Notes: a model not told the origin generated them from the sequence alone. 64,000 nt of DNA from an uncultured Pseudanabaenaceae cyanobacterium (GCA_937949725.1 CALECT010000048.1:6626-70625); one strand, 5' to 3'. Shown: positions 8,942 to 18,485, numbered from the stretch's first letter. Numbers and translations: made by a program.

Positions 8942-11533
8942 TTAGCTTTGCCCCATCAGCACAAAGGCCCCCCAATCCGCTGGGTCAGGATACTCCTCCA
9001 TGGTGGACAGCATTGCTTGGCGTAATGCCTGCCCCTTGTCCGGCTCGTCTTGCAAATTGACGTAAAACTCCTCCATCAGTTCTGCCGTGGAAAAGTCCGC
9101 CACGGGCCAGAGGGAAGACAAGATGCTGGGTACACCTGCCGCAAAGAAAGCGCGGGAGAGACCCACTACACCGTCGCCTGTAATCGCGCCGCGAGCGGTG
9201 TCACAGGCACTGAGAACTGCCAGGTCTGCCCGTAGTTTCAAGTCCATGATTTCTTCGGCGGTGAGGAATCCATCGCCGCCTTGGGCCGTTAGGGCTAGGG
9301 AGCTATTGAGACCATGTTGCTCGTCGAAGAGACCGTGGGTGGCAAAGTGAAGGATGGGAGCGGTCAGCATTTCCTGGCTAACCTTGCCTTCGTGGGCGAC
9401 TTCCCCAATTAACGGTTGAGTCTGCAACAGTGGAGAAATCTGCTGAGCTTCAAACTCTGACCCAGGTAAAGGTGCAAGTTGTTGCGGTGTTCTGCCCGGC
9501 ACTGCGGATAGGTGAGGCATGATGGGATTGCCCACGACCAGGGCTGCGACAGCTTCTGTTGCGGCTTGGCGAGTGGACTCAGCCACTTGCTTCTTCTTTT
9601 CGGTCAAGGCCAGGGCTTGAATGGAGGTGATGATGCGGGGGGTGTGCTGTTCAACCAAGAACTTTCGCTGCTGATCCTGGAGGGCTGGGAAAGGCACCAT
9701 CAGCAATGCCTTGTGGGGCACAATCACTACGGTTTCTTCGGGGTTGGCAGGTAGGGCATCTGCGATGGGCTCGATCAAGACCCGGTGGAGTTCTTGGAGT
9801 GCCCTATAGTTCTTGGTTTCTGCCTGCTTTGGTTCTGGCAGACTGCTTGCGATTAGTTGAGCTTGGGCTGCATTGAAGGCAAAGCCTCCACGAGTGTTGC
9901 CCCGGCTACTAATTTGTCCTCGCTGGGTAGCAACCCACTGGGCTAAGGAGCCATCGAGATTATCTAGGTCTTGCTGGTGAAAGGTGATTGTTCCGCTGGG
10001 GCGAACAACCCAGGTTAGTAAGCGCTCGGGAGCTTCAACATTGGGGGCATTGGAGGCCTCAATGTAGTTTTGCGTCAAAGGTTGGATGACTGCATATTGA
10101 AGCAGTGTCGCGTTTTCTGCGCGGGCGATCGCTCGAATCTTTTCTAGATTTGGAGGAGCTGAAATAGCTGCATGGTGATGATGACCGTTCACGACTGCAT
10201 GGTCGCTGTGGTTCTTGACGAGGCGCTGGGCCAATAGCTCATTGAAGGCACGGGCGCGACTTTGCTCCGAAACTACAAGGGCTTCTTCAACGCGGTCCTG
10301 GGCAATCAGGGTTTCTTGGAGGCGATCGTAGAGGGTCACATGGGCATCGAAGAGGGTGACTTTTTGTTGGTCCCACAACCCATGGCGAAGGTTCTCGAAG
10401 GATGCGATCGCCCCTCTAAATTCTGTCTCTGCTTGCTCCAGTTTGTTCTGCAACAAGTACACCTCGCCTCGCTGGCGCTGAAGCATGATGTTGGTCATGG
10501 CATTGCCCAGTGGTCTGGCTGGGTCATCCACGTTGGCATAGTCTGCTAGGGCCAGGTCAAACTCGCCTGCTTGAACGTGGGTTTGCCCCTTGAGCAGGTG
10601 CATGCGGGCTAGGACAGAGTTGGGCTGACCTTGGGCGATCGCTAGGGTCAAGATGCGCTGGGCCTTATCTAGCTGCCCTTGTTTGAGGGCGATCTGGCCT
10701 AGCTGTAGGCGTGCGGTCATTTGTCCCCGCACATCTTTAATGGCGAGGGATTGGTTGAGAGCCTGGGTATAGGCCATCTCTGAATCTTCCCAGCGGCTCA
10801 TTTCCTGGTAAATCCAGCCCAGGCGTTGCAATATACGACTTTGGCCAATGCTGTCTTTAATGCTGCGGTAGCCCACCAAAGCCTGGCGATAGTCCTTCTC
10901 CGCCGCTTGCATTTGCCGCAGGTCCCAGTTGACATCGGCACGAAGCTGGAGAGCACGGGCGCGATCTACGATGTCGCCATCTAGGGCCAGAGCAGACTCC
11001 GCAGTGGCCAGGGCATCGGCATAGCGGCCAAGGCTGCGATGGAGACTTCCCAGCAGTACTTCATATTGCAAGATGTCATTGGCTGTTTTAAGGCCTGGCC
11101 GCGCTTGGGCTAGTAGGGCTTCAGTCTCTGGAAATTTGCCTGTCATTAGGCGCAGTTGAGCTTGGCCGAGAGCATGCTGGGCTGCTAGGGAAGGAGACAG
11201 TGGTCCTAAGTCTTTGGCTTGATTGAGCAACGCTTGAGCAGGCCCCCCTTGACCCAGCCGACATTCCACTGTGGAGGCATCAATTAGAATGGCTTGCTGC
11301 AACGCAATATCCCTGGCTGCTTCTGCTTGCTGGAGCTCTTGCTGGAGGGCAATTCTTGCAGCGTTAAAGTTGCCTTGGCGCAGTAATGCTTGACCTGTTG
11401 TAACCGTTGCGGCTGCTTCTTGGGCCTCTTGAGCTGTGGCTGCAACCGGCGCAAAAGTGGTGAAGAGGGGGGCTGTGAAGCCCAGAAGCGCGATGCCAAA
11501 AAGATTTGCGGTCCAAAAACGGGAGAGCTGCAT
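8942..11533 (-). CDS. TPR-repeat + CHAT-domain (caspase-fold) protein with an N-terminal signal peptide
   Basis: The likely start is ATG 11533 (MQLSRFWTANLFGIALLGFTAPLFTTFAPVAATAQE); the track ORF extends to 11596. TPR-like repeats fill the central part. The C-terminal CHAT dyad is ILHFATHG ... LAVLSACDTARG. Confidence 0.85.
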   Translation of the reverse strand: MQLSRFWTANLFGIALLGFTAPLFTTFAPVAATAQEAQEAAATVTTGQALLRQGNFNAARIALQQELQQAEAARDIALQQAILIDASTVECRLGQGGPAQALLNQAKDLGPLSPSLAAQHALGQAQLRLMTGKFPETEALLAQARPGLKTANDILQYEVLLGSLHRSLGRYADALATAESALALDGDIVDRARALQLRADVNWDLRQMQAAEKDYRQALVGYRSIKDSIGQSRILQRLGWIYQEMSRWEDSEMAYTQALNQSLAIKDVRGQMTARLQLGQIALKQGQLDKAQRILTLAIAQGQPNSVLARMHLLKGQTHVQAGEFDLALADYANVDDPARPLGNAMTNIMLQRQRGEVYLLQNKLEQAETEFRGAIASFENLRHGLWDQQKVTLFDAHVTLYDRLQETLIAQDRVEEALVVSEQSRARAFNELLAQRLVKNHSDHAVVNGHHHHAAISAPPNLEKIRAIARAENATLLQYAVIQPLTQNYIEASNAPNVEAPERLLTWVVRPSGTITFHQQDLDNLDGSLAQWVATQRGQISSRGNTRGGFAFNAAQAQLIASSLPEPKQAETKNYRALQELHRVLIEPIADALPANPEETVVIVPHKALLMVPFPALQDQQRKFLVEQHTPRIITSIQALALTEKKKQVAESTRQAATEAVAALVVGNPIMPHLSAVPGRTPQQLAPLPGSEFEAQQISPLLQTQPLIGEVAHEGKVSQEMLTAPILHFATHGLFDEQHGLNSSLALTAQGGDGFLTAEEIMDLKLRADLAVLSACDTARGAITGDGVVGLSRAFFAAGVPSILSSLWPVADFSTAELMEEFYVNLQDEPDKGQALRQAMLSTMEEYPDPADWGAFVLMGQS

Positions 11534-11955
11534 AGCCAACTGTGTTGATCTCGGTGAGAGGTGGCGTTGATCGAGTGATGAAAATGCACAGAACAACGGA
11601 TGGGAGAGGGGGCTTGGCTAGGCGCTTGCTAGCGTTTCGCGGATTTCCTCTGACCAGTCCCAGACTCAAACGCCGGACAGGGTCCAGTTGGTAGATATAT
11701 GGTGTAACCCAAACGAATCATTCCCAGGGGGATGATGACGTTTAACAAAATTCAGGGAGTTCTCAGGTTGATGATTTAATTGCGGCTAGAAGCTAATTGG
11801 GATGGGCGTTTGAGGTGGTACTTTCCTGTTGCTAAAAGCTGGAAGCGTTGTGCGCCTGCTGCTGAAGGCAGCGATTTGCAGACCCTCTGGGCATCGATTA
11901 GCATGAAGGGGATTAAGCATTTCAGCTTGACGCCTTGAGCTGACAGGGAAAGCGC

Positions 11956-12741
11956 ATGATCGCCACCCAGCCGAACCCCCAGTCGCCGCAGCCTATTGCG
12001 CCTACGCAGATGCTGCTATCGGGTAATTGCTTGGGAGACTTTTCAAGGCCTAGTCCAGGATTTGGCATCCTAGCCGGGACAGCAGGGCTGATTCAAAGTC
12101 CGCAAAGAGAGTCTGCAATGCCTATTCCGTTGTTTGGCATTCTACTGGCTGATAACGATAGAGTAATGGTTCTAGGTTGTCTCATTTGAGAATGAATCAG
12201 CCCTGGCCGGGACAGCGGCTGACTTATAACGATGGCGCATTGGAGATTTGGATGCTTTTACCTCCCCATGATTCGGTATAAGAAGTTTTTGGCGCGTCTG
12301 GTGGAGATTTTGACGGAGGAGTTGGATTTAGAGATTTGTAGCCTGGGCTCTTGCACTTGGAATCGTTGAGATTTGGCTAAGGGGTTTGAGGCGGATGAAT
12401 GTTATTACATTCAAAATGAGCCTGTGATTTGGAGGCGGATGGAGATTGATTTAGAGGTGGACCCGCCGCCGGATTTGGCGGTTGAGGTGGATATTACGAG
12501 TTTGTCGATTCCTCGTCTGCCGATTTATGCGGCTTTGGGATTGCCTGAGGTGTGGCGGTTTGATGGGGAGCGGTTGGAGTTTTTGAGCTTGGTGGCTGGG
12601 GAGTATGGTGCGGTAGAGCAATCTTTGGTGTTACCTGGGGTGAGGCCCGATGATTTGATTATGTTGCTAGGGCAAGTCTCGGAGATGGGGGAGACGAGCT
12701 GGGCCAAATATGTGCGGCGTTGGATGCGAGAGAAGTTTTAG
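11956..12741 (+). pseudogene. Uma2-family (DUF820) endonuclease pseudogene, disrupted by a MITE, frameshifts and nonsense codons
   Basis: Uma2-like segments lie in different frames: ...MLLSG / VIAWETFQGLVQDLAS / PGQRLTYNDGALEIWM / KKFLARLVEILTEELDLEICSLGS / DLAKGFEADECYY...PPDLAVEVDITS...GLPEVWRFDG. There are in-frame stops at TAG 12071-12073 and TGA 12367-12369, plus the insertion at 12084-12204. Track ORF 12373-12741 is only the C-terminal piece. Confidence 0.75.
12084..12204. mobile_element. miniature inverted-repeat element (MITE, about 121 bp)
   Basis: Perfect 12-bp terminal inverted repeats agggctgattca (12084-12095) and tgaatcagccct (12193-12204). They are flanked by an 11-bp direct duplication gccgggacagc (12073-12083 and 12206-12216). 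Excising the element restores the Uma2 reading frame ...LAS(W)PGQRLTYNDG. It has no coding capacity. Confidence 0.8.
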
Positions 12742-12936
12742 TAGAGCTAATTATTTTTCAATACTCACATAAATTGGATAAGCTATAATGTCATCTCTCA
12801 CAGACTTTTTTGCTCATTCTGACAGGCTATTTCGTTGTAAAAAATTAGTTCTCTACCACATGAGAAGTTCGTAATATTTCAGTCAATTTGAAGGACTTTG
12901 TTCGGTTATCTTTCCATAATCAGCAATACTTATATT

Positions 12937-14850
12937 CTAAAGGATATGAGATAGGCAAGTACTTACATATTCTGCGTAACTTAAGTATTCACTGCGATCT
13001 ACAGGCCAAGCAAGAGTATCTGCATGAGAGATAGGATTTTTATTACGCCTATCAAATAAATTTCCTACTTGGACACATACCTCATGAGGAATAGTCTTAC
13101 TGTTTAAGAATTTCACTGCATCTTTAGCATTGTATTTTTTCTGCTTTTTAGATGGTGATTCTAATACATAGCAAATCGCATGAACCTCGTTGAGCAAGTG
13201 ATTTAAAGCTACTGAATAATGTCCTCGTCTTTCAGCTTTAATTCGCAATCGAATTTGCTCTAGAATATTAGGGTTATTAGAGATTCGAGCTATTTGCTTT
13301 TCCGTTAAATCAAAATATCCTGGCTTTGTTCTTGATGGATTTTTTCGAGAATATATGTCTATGATTGGCTTCATATGAATATTTTTCTTTAAAATTCTTA
13401 TGAGTGGCTTTGAATCGAACTCTTCTTGGCATAAATAGCTCAAAACCAAATGAGCATCACGAGAAGAAATTGATGTCTTTCTCAATAAGAAATCGGAGAA
13501 ATTTTTCGATGATTCCGAACTTTTCATCAGTATTATCAGAATTTCTCTTGGCTGTGCGATAACCAAGTCGAAATTGAATTCATCGAAGATGCTAGCAATT
13601 TTGTCTTTATTCTTAGGCTGTTGAAGTAACGCAGAAACTGATTTGTCATAAACCTGCTTTAATACTTCGTCGTCTAAATCACTCCTATCATCAAATGTCG
13701 GATCTAATGATCGTCTCTTTAATCTTTCAAGCTGTTTGAATATACGATCTAGCTGTCCTTGTGGTGTTTGAGAGTCTTCATCATCTGGTATCTCATAGCC
13801 TGGAGATGTCCGCTTTAAACTTTTTAGCAATTTTTGCTCATCATATTTCTGACAAAGCCAATAGAGCTGTGTCTTTGTATTGAGCCTTAATCCAAATTCG
13901 GAATAAAGTACATCTGCCAAAGTATTTGCTATTCGAGCGACATATACTTCTTGCTCAGCTGGCTTTAAGGAATTAGAGAACTCAATTGTTATATAAATAT
14001 CATCCATATAACGATCAATAAAATACGTAGAAATATCTTTAGAGTTTTTCCTCAGCTCCTCATCAAAGCGTAGATCTGCAAAAACCAAATACAGATATCC
14101 AATGTAGCTACATGTAATATCATTGTCAAACTGAGGTATGCCAGTTTCTTTCTTCGTAAAGTATTCAAATAAATTTAGAATTTGCTCTTGGGTAATTGCA
14201 TCAAATCTCATCTCCTTTTTAATACTAGGTTTCACATAGTGATCTAATAATTCCACTAGGTTACGGACTTGAATTTCCTCGTAGTAATTTTGGATGTCAA
14301 GATGTATGACGACTTTTTTGTTTTTTTCATCTTGAACATGCTTTCTGACCTGACGACGAAAGTCTTGATAGTGTTTTTTGTACCAAACACTATCGTATTT
14401 CAATACAACCTTATTTTGAGAGGAGTCAAATTTTAGACTTCCTCCATAATAGGAATTTATTTGACTATGGGGAAAATAGTGCTCTTGCAAAAAATCCTGA
14501 GAGAGCTTCACTATATACAGTCCTACGGAATAGCATAAAACTCTTGCAGGATAGGTAAAGAAGCAATATTTTCGAAGGCCTAAATTTGCTTTTGGAATGG
14601 GATATGAATGTATGGAGAACTCATTCTGAAGCCCATAAAATAGATTGTTTTCTACTTTCGATGTGAAATATTTTTGTGTGGCAACTTTACGCTTATATGT
14701 TTGAGTTAAATTCTCATAGTAGAACATACTCAACTTATTAAAGTGTCTGTTCCCTTGCTTCATTGAGAGCTGAAAGCCTAACAAACTGACGGCATTCTCC
14801 CAAAAGACAAAATCTAAAAAATAACCAACTTTTGCCAGACTTTGAGACAT
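12937..14850 (-). CDS. defence-type reverse transcriptase with a C-terminal HEPN-like motif (AbiA-like)
   Basis: RT motifs: VVIHLDIQNYYEEI (14272-14304 region), GIPQFDNDITCSYIGYLYLVFAD, and the catalytic YMDD in RYMDDIYI (13999-14010). There is a roughly 340-aa C-terminal extension containing DRRNKNPISH, i.e. an Rx6H HEPN-type motif at 13024-13050. The likely start is ATG 14850 (MSQSLAKV); the track ORF begins at TTG 14898. It is the only gene in AT-rich island 2. Confidence 0.8.
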   Translation of the reverse strand: MSQSLAKVGYFLDFVFWENAVSLLGFQLSMKQGNRHFNKLSMFYYENLTQTYKRKVATQKYFTSKVENNLFYGLQNEFSIHSYPIPKANLGLRKYCFFTYPARVLCYSVGLYIVKLSQDFLQEHYFPHSQINSYYGGSLKFDSSQNKVVLKYDSVWYKKHYQDFRRQVRKHVQDEKNKKVVIHLDIQNYYEEIQVRNLVELLDHYVKPSIKKEMRFDAITQEQILNLFEYFTKKETGIPQFDNDITCSYIGYLYLVFADLRFDEELRKNSKDISTYFIDRYMDDIYITIEFSNSLKPAEQEVYVARIANTLADVLYSEFGLRLNTKTQLYWLCQKYDEQKLLKSLKRTSPGYEIPDDEDSQTPQGQLDRIFKQLERLKRRSLDPTFDDRSDLDDEVLKQVYDKSVSALLQQPKNKDKIASIFDEFNFDLVIAQPREILIILMKSSESSKNFSDFLLRKTSISSRDAHLVLSYLCQEEFDSKPLIRILKKNIHMKPIIDIYSRKNPSRTKPGYFDLTEKQIARISNNPNILEQIRLRIKAERRGHYSVALNHLLNEVHAICYVLESPSKKQKKYNAKDAVKFLNSKTIPHEVCVQVGNLFDRRNKNPISHADTLAWPVDRSEYLSYAEYVSTCLSHIL

Positions 14851-15019
14851 AAAAATTGCGTGAAAGCCAAAGGCGTAGAAAATGAAAACGCCCAACAAAA
14901 TATAGGGTTGTCTGTCTCGTTAAATATAGCTTACGAGCAACATATTTTACTACAGTTGAGATTCCAGACTTACTACTGCCACGCGATAACAAAATACTTG
15001 TTGGTTAGATTCGATAGCA

Positions 15020-15697
15020 TTACGAAACCCTTAATTGCTGCATTAACCAATTCGCTGCTGCTGTATTTGTCTCAGTCTCTAGCCGCTCGATCGCCTGCTC
15101 CACCAGCCTCAGCGGCAACCCAGCTAAAACCCGCGACGCCTCAATCACCTCATAGCTGCCCCGCTCCGTCAAACCAAACCCAAACAACCGCCGCCCTTTA
15201 ACATCAATCACCCAATACTCAGAAATGCCCAAACTGGCATAGAGCTGCTTCTGCTCATCCAAATCCAGGCTCAACGTTGTATCTCCAATTTCCCCCACCA
15301 AATCCGGCAGGCGATGGCGAGTTGTACTAATCCGCCGAGGCTCACCTGGCTGCCACCGAGGAATATCATCACCGCGATACAGCACCAGATCTGGCGCACA
15401 GGCTTGAACGTCTGGCTTCTCAATTAGGCAACGGCCATAGGATTGCAACACCTCCTCTGGATGCAGCATCGCCCAGAGGAAAAAAATAGCCGTCATAAAA
15501 TCACTGAAAGCAGCGTGATTCGGACCTTCTTTCCCCATATCAGCCCAGAGCCAGCCATCATTAAACGAAATTTTTTGGCAATCTAAATCTGTGTCATCTC
15601 GCAACGCCACATAGTCCTGCCAAGTCGCGCCATGGCGTTGCAAATCCAGCGCTTGAGCAGGTGGCGTATTTCGAGAGCGTTCCAACGAGATTGTCAT
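15020..15697 (-). CDS. Uma2-family (DUF820) endonuclease, apparently intact
   Basis: Contains ...ATWQDYVALRD..., LPDLVGEIGDTTLSLDLDEQKQLYASLGISEYWVIDV. The likely start is ATG 15697 (MTISLERS); the track ORF extends to 15787. Confidence 0.75.
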   Translation of the reverse strand: MTISLERSRNTPPAQALDLQRHGATWQDYVALRDDTDLDCQKISFNDGWLWADMGKEGPNHAAFSDFMTAIFFLWAMLHPEEVLQSYGRCLIEKPDVQACAPDLVLYRGDDIPRWQPGEPRRISTTRHRLPDLVGEIGDTTLSLDLDEQKQLYASLGISEYWVIDVKGRRLFGFGLTERGSYEVIEASRVLAGLPLRLVEQAIERLETETNTAAANWLMQQLRVS

Positions 15698-15790
15698 CGT
15701 AGTAGCCACAGGGCTAGGGAGACCATTGCCTAGAGCCATCATATCGCAATAAAAAACCGGACCTCCCAAAGGAAGCCCGGCCATCAATCA

Positions 15791-15820
15791 AGCTATTAGC
15801 TCACAAGCTATTAGCTCACA
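15791..15820. repeat. perfect tandem duplication, 2 x 15 bp
   Basis: agctattagctcaca occurs twice (15791-15805 and 15806-15820) in the spacer between the rpe stop and the Uma2 gene. Confidence 0.9.
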
Positions 15821-15829
15821 AGCAATGGC

Positions 15830-16537
15830 TTATACAGCAGCCAGCTCACGCTCACCCGCAGGGCGCTTGCTGTTGCGAATGCCTTCGATCGCAGCCGCAT
15901 AATCAGGAGCCTTAAACACAGCAGAGCCAGCCACAATGGCATTGGCGCCCGCTTCAAGAACCTGCCAGGTATTGGCAGGCTTCAAGCCACCATCAACCTC
16001 AATCCAAGGATCAAGACCCCGCTCATCACACATCTTGCGTAGGTCAGCCACCTTCTGAACCGCAGAAGGAATAAAGCTCTGGCCACCAAAGCCAGGGTTC
16101 ACACTCATCAACAGCACCAAATCGCAAAGCTCCAGCACATGCTCAATCATGTTCAGGGGAGTACCGGGGTTCAGCACCACACCAGCCTGCTTGCCCAACT
16201 CCTTGATTTGACCCAAGGTGCGGTGCAGGTGGGGAGAAGCGGTGTGCTCAGCATGGACAGAAATGATGTCCGCGCCAGCTTTGGCAAAGTCAGCCACATA
16301 CTTCTCAGGCTCGACGATCATCAGGTGAACGTCCAAAGGCTTCTCGGTGTGGGGGCGAACCGCATCCACAATCATGGGGCCGATGGTGATGTTAGGAACG
16401 AAGCGACCATCCATCACATCAATGTGAATCCAGTCTGCACCGGCCTTATCAACCGCGCGAATTTCTTCACCCAACCGACCGAAGTCAGCCGATAGAATTG
16501 AAGGGGAGATGGCGATGGACTTGTCTGATTGGGTCAT
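15830..16537 (-). CDS. rpe: ribulose-phosphate 3-epimerase
   Basis: 235 aa with [35 protein letters not shown] and [13 protein letters not shown], all hallmark Rpe motifs. Confidence 0.95.
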   Translation of the reverse strand: MTQSDKSIAISPSILSADFGRLGEEIRAVDKAGADWIHIDVMDGRFVPNITIGPMIVDAVRPHTEKPLDVHLMIVEPEKYVADFAKAGADIISVHAEHTASPHLHRTLGQIKELGKQAGVVLNPGTPLNMIEHVLELCDLVLLMSVNPGFGGQSFIPSAVQKVADLRKMCDERGLDPWIEVDGGLKPANTWQVLEAGANAIVAGSAVFKAPDYAAAIEGIRNSKRPAGERELAAV

Positions 16538-16592
16538 GGCGGTTGTTCCTCTCTAATTTCCTGCAGCCTGGAATACTAATAAGTCTATCAAA

Positions 16593-18356
16593 ATGTGTAG
16601 GTTCCTTTACTACTCCCGCCGTTTCTTTATGCTAACCATTGGGGTCACCTCGATCCTCCCTATGGTTCTGGCCCCAAATTCTCGTCCCGTCCAGGCTCAA
16701 ACGAAGGCCCCAGTTAGGGCCATAACCAATGTGAAGCTGCCCCAGGGCCAACCGTTTCTCGGCCCCGCAGGCATTGATGCGCAAGTTTTGCATGAAGCTC
16801 CCTACAACCTCCTGGGCCGCAAAATCGCCATTGGTCAGGTGGAGCCCGGTCGCCCCGGTCTGTTTGGCTATGACAAAAATATTGCGACGGGTGTGCAGGG
16901 GCTTCAGCTAGCGGGGATTTTCTTTCGCGATCGCCTAGTCGAGCCCAACACCTTCGTCGATGCCCATGCCCATGGCGTCGCCTCCTTTATGGTGGGCCAA
17001 GGCAAAATCACCCGAGGCGTTGCCCCCGCCGCCAGGCTCTACTCCGGGGCCATGGGCTCCCGCAAGTTTCGCGGTGGCCAACCCGAGGAATGCCTCACCG
17101 TGGCCAATGTGGCGCGGCAAAATGGCGAAGACGTGCGGGCCATTAACCTCAGCTTTGGCGAATCGCTGAAACTGGACAAACGCGATCGCCCCATCCTCGA
17201 CGGCAACGCACACCTCACCCAATGCATCGACTGGCTCGCCCAGGAATACAACACGCTATTTACCGTGGCAGGCAACCAAGGCAAAGGCGGCATTCCCATC
17301 CCCACGGACCATTACAACGGCGTCACCGTCGCCTATACCAAATCCAATGCAGATCCCTTAAAGGGTGGTATCTACAACAAAGTTGACTTTGCCAACCTGG
17401 GCGATGAACTGCCCGGCGTGGCCTATCGCTTCATCGGTAAAGAGCGCAATTTAGATCGCCGCAGCTCCGTCAGTATCGTGGCACCGGGGCGAAAGCTTAA
17501 GGCGCTATTGCTCAACGGCGGTGAGCGAGTGTTGAGCGGGACTAGCTTTGCAGCCCCCCAAGTCACCGCAGCCGTGGCGCTGTTGCAGGAATATGGCGAT
17601 CGCCGCATCAACGACCTACTCCAGCAAAACGATTCCATTCCGCCCAACGCCCCCTGGAGCCTCAGCTCCCGCCGCCATGAAGTGATGAAAGCTGTTTTGC
17701 TCAACGCCAGCGACAAAATCCAGGACAAGCAAACTGCCTTTGGCAATAGCGGTAGCCGCCTGGGCATGACCAAAACCATCCTGGGGCAAAACAATAAAGA
17801 CTGGCTCTCATCCCGCGCTCACTACAGCCGGGACATGCCCCTGGACCCGCTATTTGGTGCAGGCCAGCTCAACCTCCACCGTGCCTATCAGCAGTTCAGT
17901 GCTGGGCAATATCGCCCCGATGATTCCCAAATTCCCCTGCAAGGTTGGGACTACAACAGTGTAGGCCTGGGCCAGGACTTGGATACCCTTTCCACCTACC
18001 GTGACTATCCGCTCAGTGAAACGCTTCAGCGAGGCAGTTATTTGGCCGCAACGCTGGCATGGAACCGAAAGCTTGAGCTAGTTGATCAAGATAAGGATGG
18101 GACATATAGTGTGGGCGATCGCTTCCAAGATCGCGGCCTCAACAATCTCAACCTTTACCTGATTCCTGCCGACGAAACCAGTACGAGCAAAAGCGTCTGG
18201 GCATCTAACAGTAAAGTGGACAGCGTGGAGCACATCTTCCACCGCATTCCCAAGACAGGGCAATATAAGTTGCGTGTGCAATTGGAGGGACAGGAAAATA
18301 CGCCCAGCCAGGATTACGCGATCGCCTGGTGGGGGGCGTCTGCCCAAACCCGATGA
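16593..18356 (+). CDS. S8-family (subtilisin-like) serine peptidase, secreted
   Basis: Ser motif LSGTSFAAPQVTAAVALL and His motif AHAHGVASFMVG, plus an N-terminal signal-like segment. I did not find a canonical DTG Asp motif; IGQVEPG sits where it might align. An alternative start is ATG 16629. Confidence 0.7.
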   Translation: MCRFLYYSRRFFMLTIGVTSILPMVLAPNSRPVQAQTKAPVRAITNVKLPQGQPFLGPAGIDAQVLHEAPYNLLGRKIAIGQVEPGRPGLFGYDKNIATGVQGLQLAGIFFRDRLVEPNTFVDAHAHGVASFMVGQGKITRGVAPAARLYSGAMGSRKFRGGQPEECLTVANVARQNGEDVRAINLSFGESLKLDKRDRPILDGNAHLTQCIDWLAQEYNTLFTVAGNQGKGGIPIPTDHYNGVTVAYTKSNADPLKGGIYNKVDFANLGDELPGVAYRFIGKERNLDRRSSVSIVAPGRKLKALLLNGGERVLSGTSFAAPQVTAAVALLQEYGDRRINDLLQQNDSIPPNAPWSLSSRRHEVMKAVLLNASDKIQDKQTAFGNSGSRLGMTKTILGQNNKDWLSSRAHYSRDMPLDPLFGAGQLNLHRAYQQFSAGQYRPDDSQIPLQGWDYNSVGLGQDLDTLSTYRDYPLSETLQRGSYLAATLAWNRKLELVDQDKDGTYSVGDRFQDRGLNNLNLYLIPADETSTSKSVWASNSKVDSVEHIFHRIPKTGQYKLRVQLEGQENTPSQDYAIAWWGASAQTR

Positions 18357-18368
18357 GACTCTACCCTA

Positions 18369-18484
18369 TCTGATGGGCTCCTGAATCCTCTGCGGGCGAA
18401 CGGCTGTTCGCCAATGGTGGTGGCGTTGCCCCGTGGACTGTCTGATGGGCTTCTGAATCCTCTGCGGGCGAACGGCTGTTCGCC
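18369..18484. repeat. two copies (72-nt period) of a 44-nt hairpin repeat between convergent genes
   Basis: tctgatgggc(t/c)tcctgaatcctctgcgggcgaacggctgttcgcc at 18369-18412 and 18441-18484, with 1 mismatch. Each copy contains the hairpin ggcgaac-ggct-gttcgcc. A third, inverted copy lies at about 24112-24150. These probably also act as a bidirectional terminator. Confidence 0.8.
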
Positions 18485-18485
18485 C

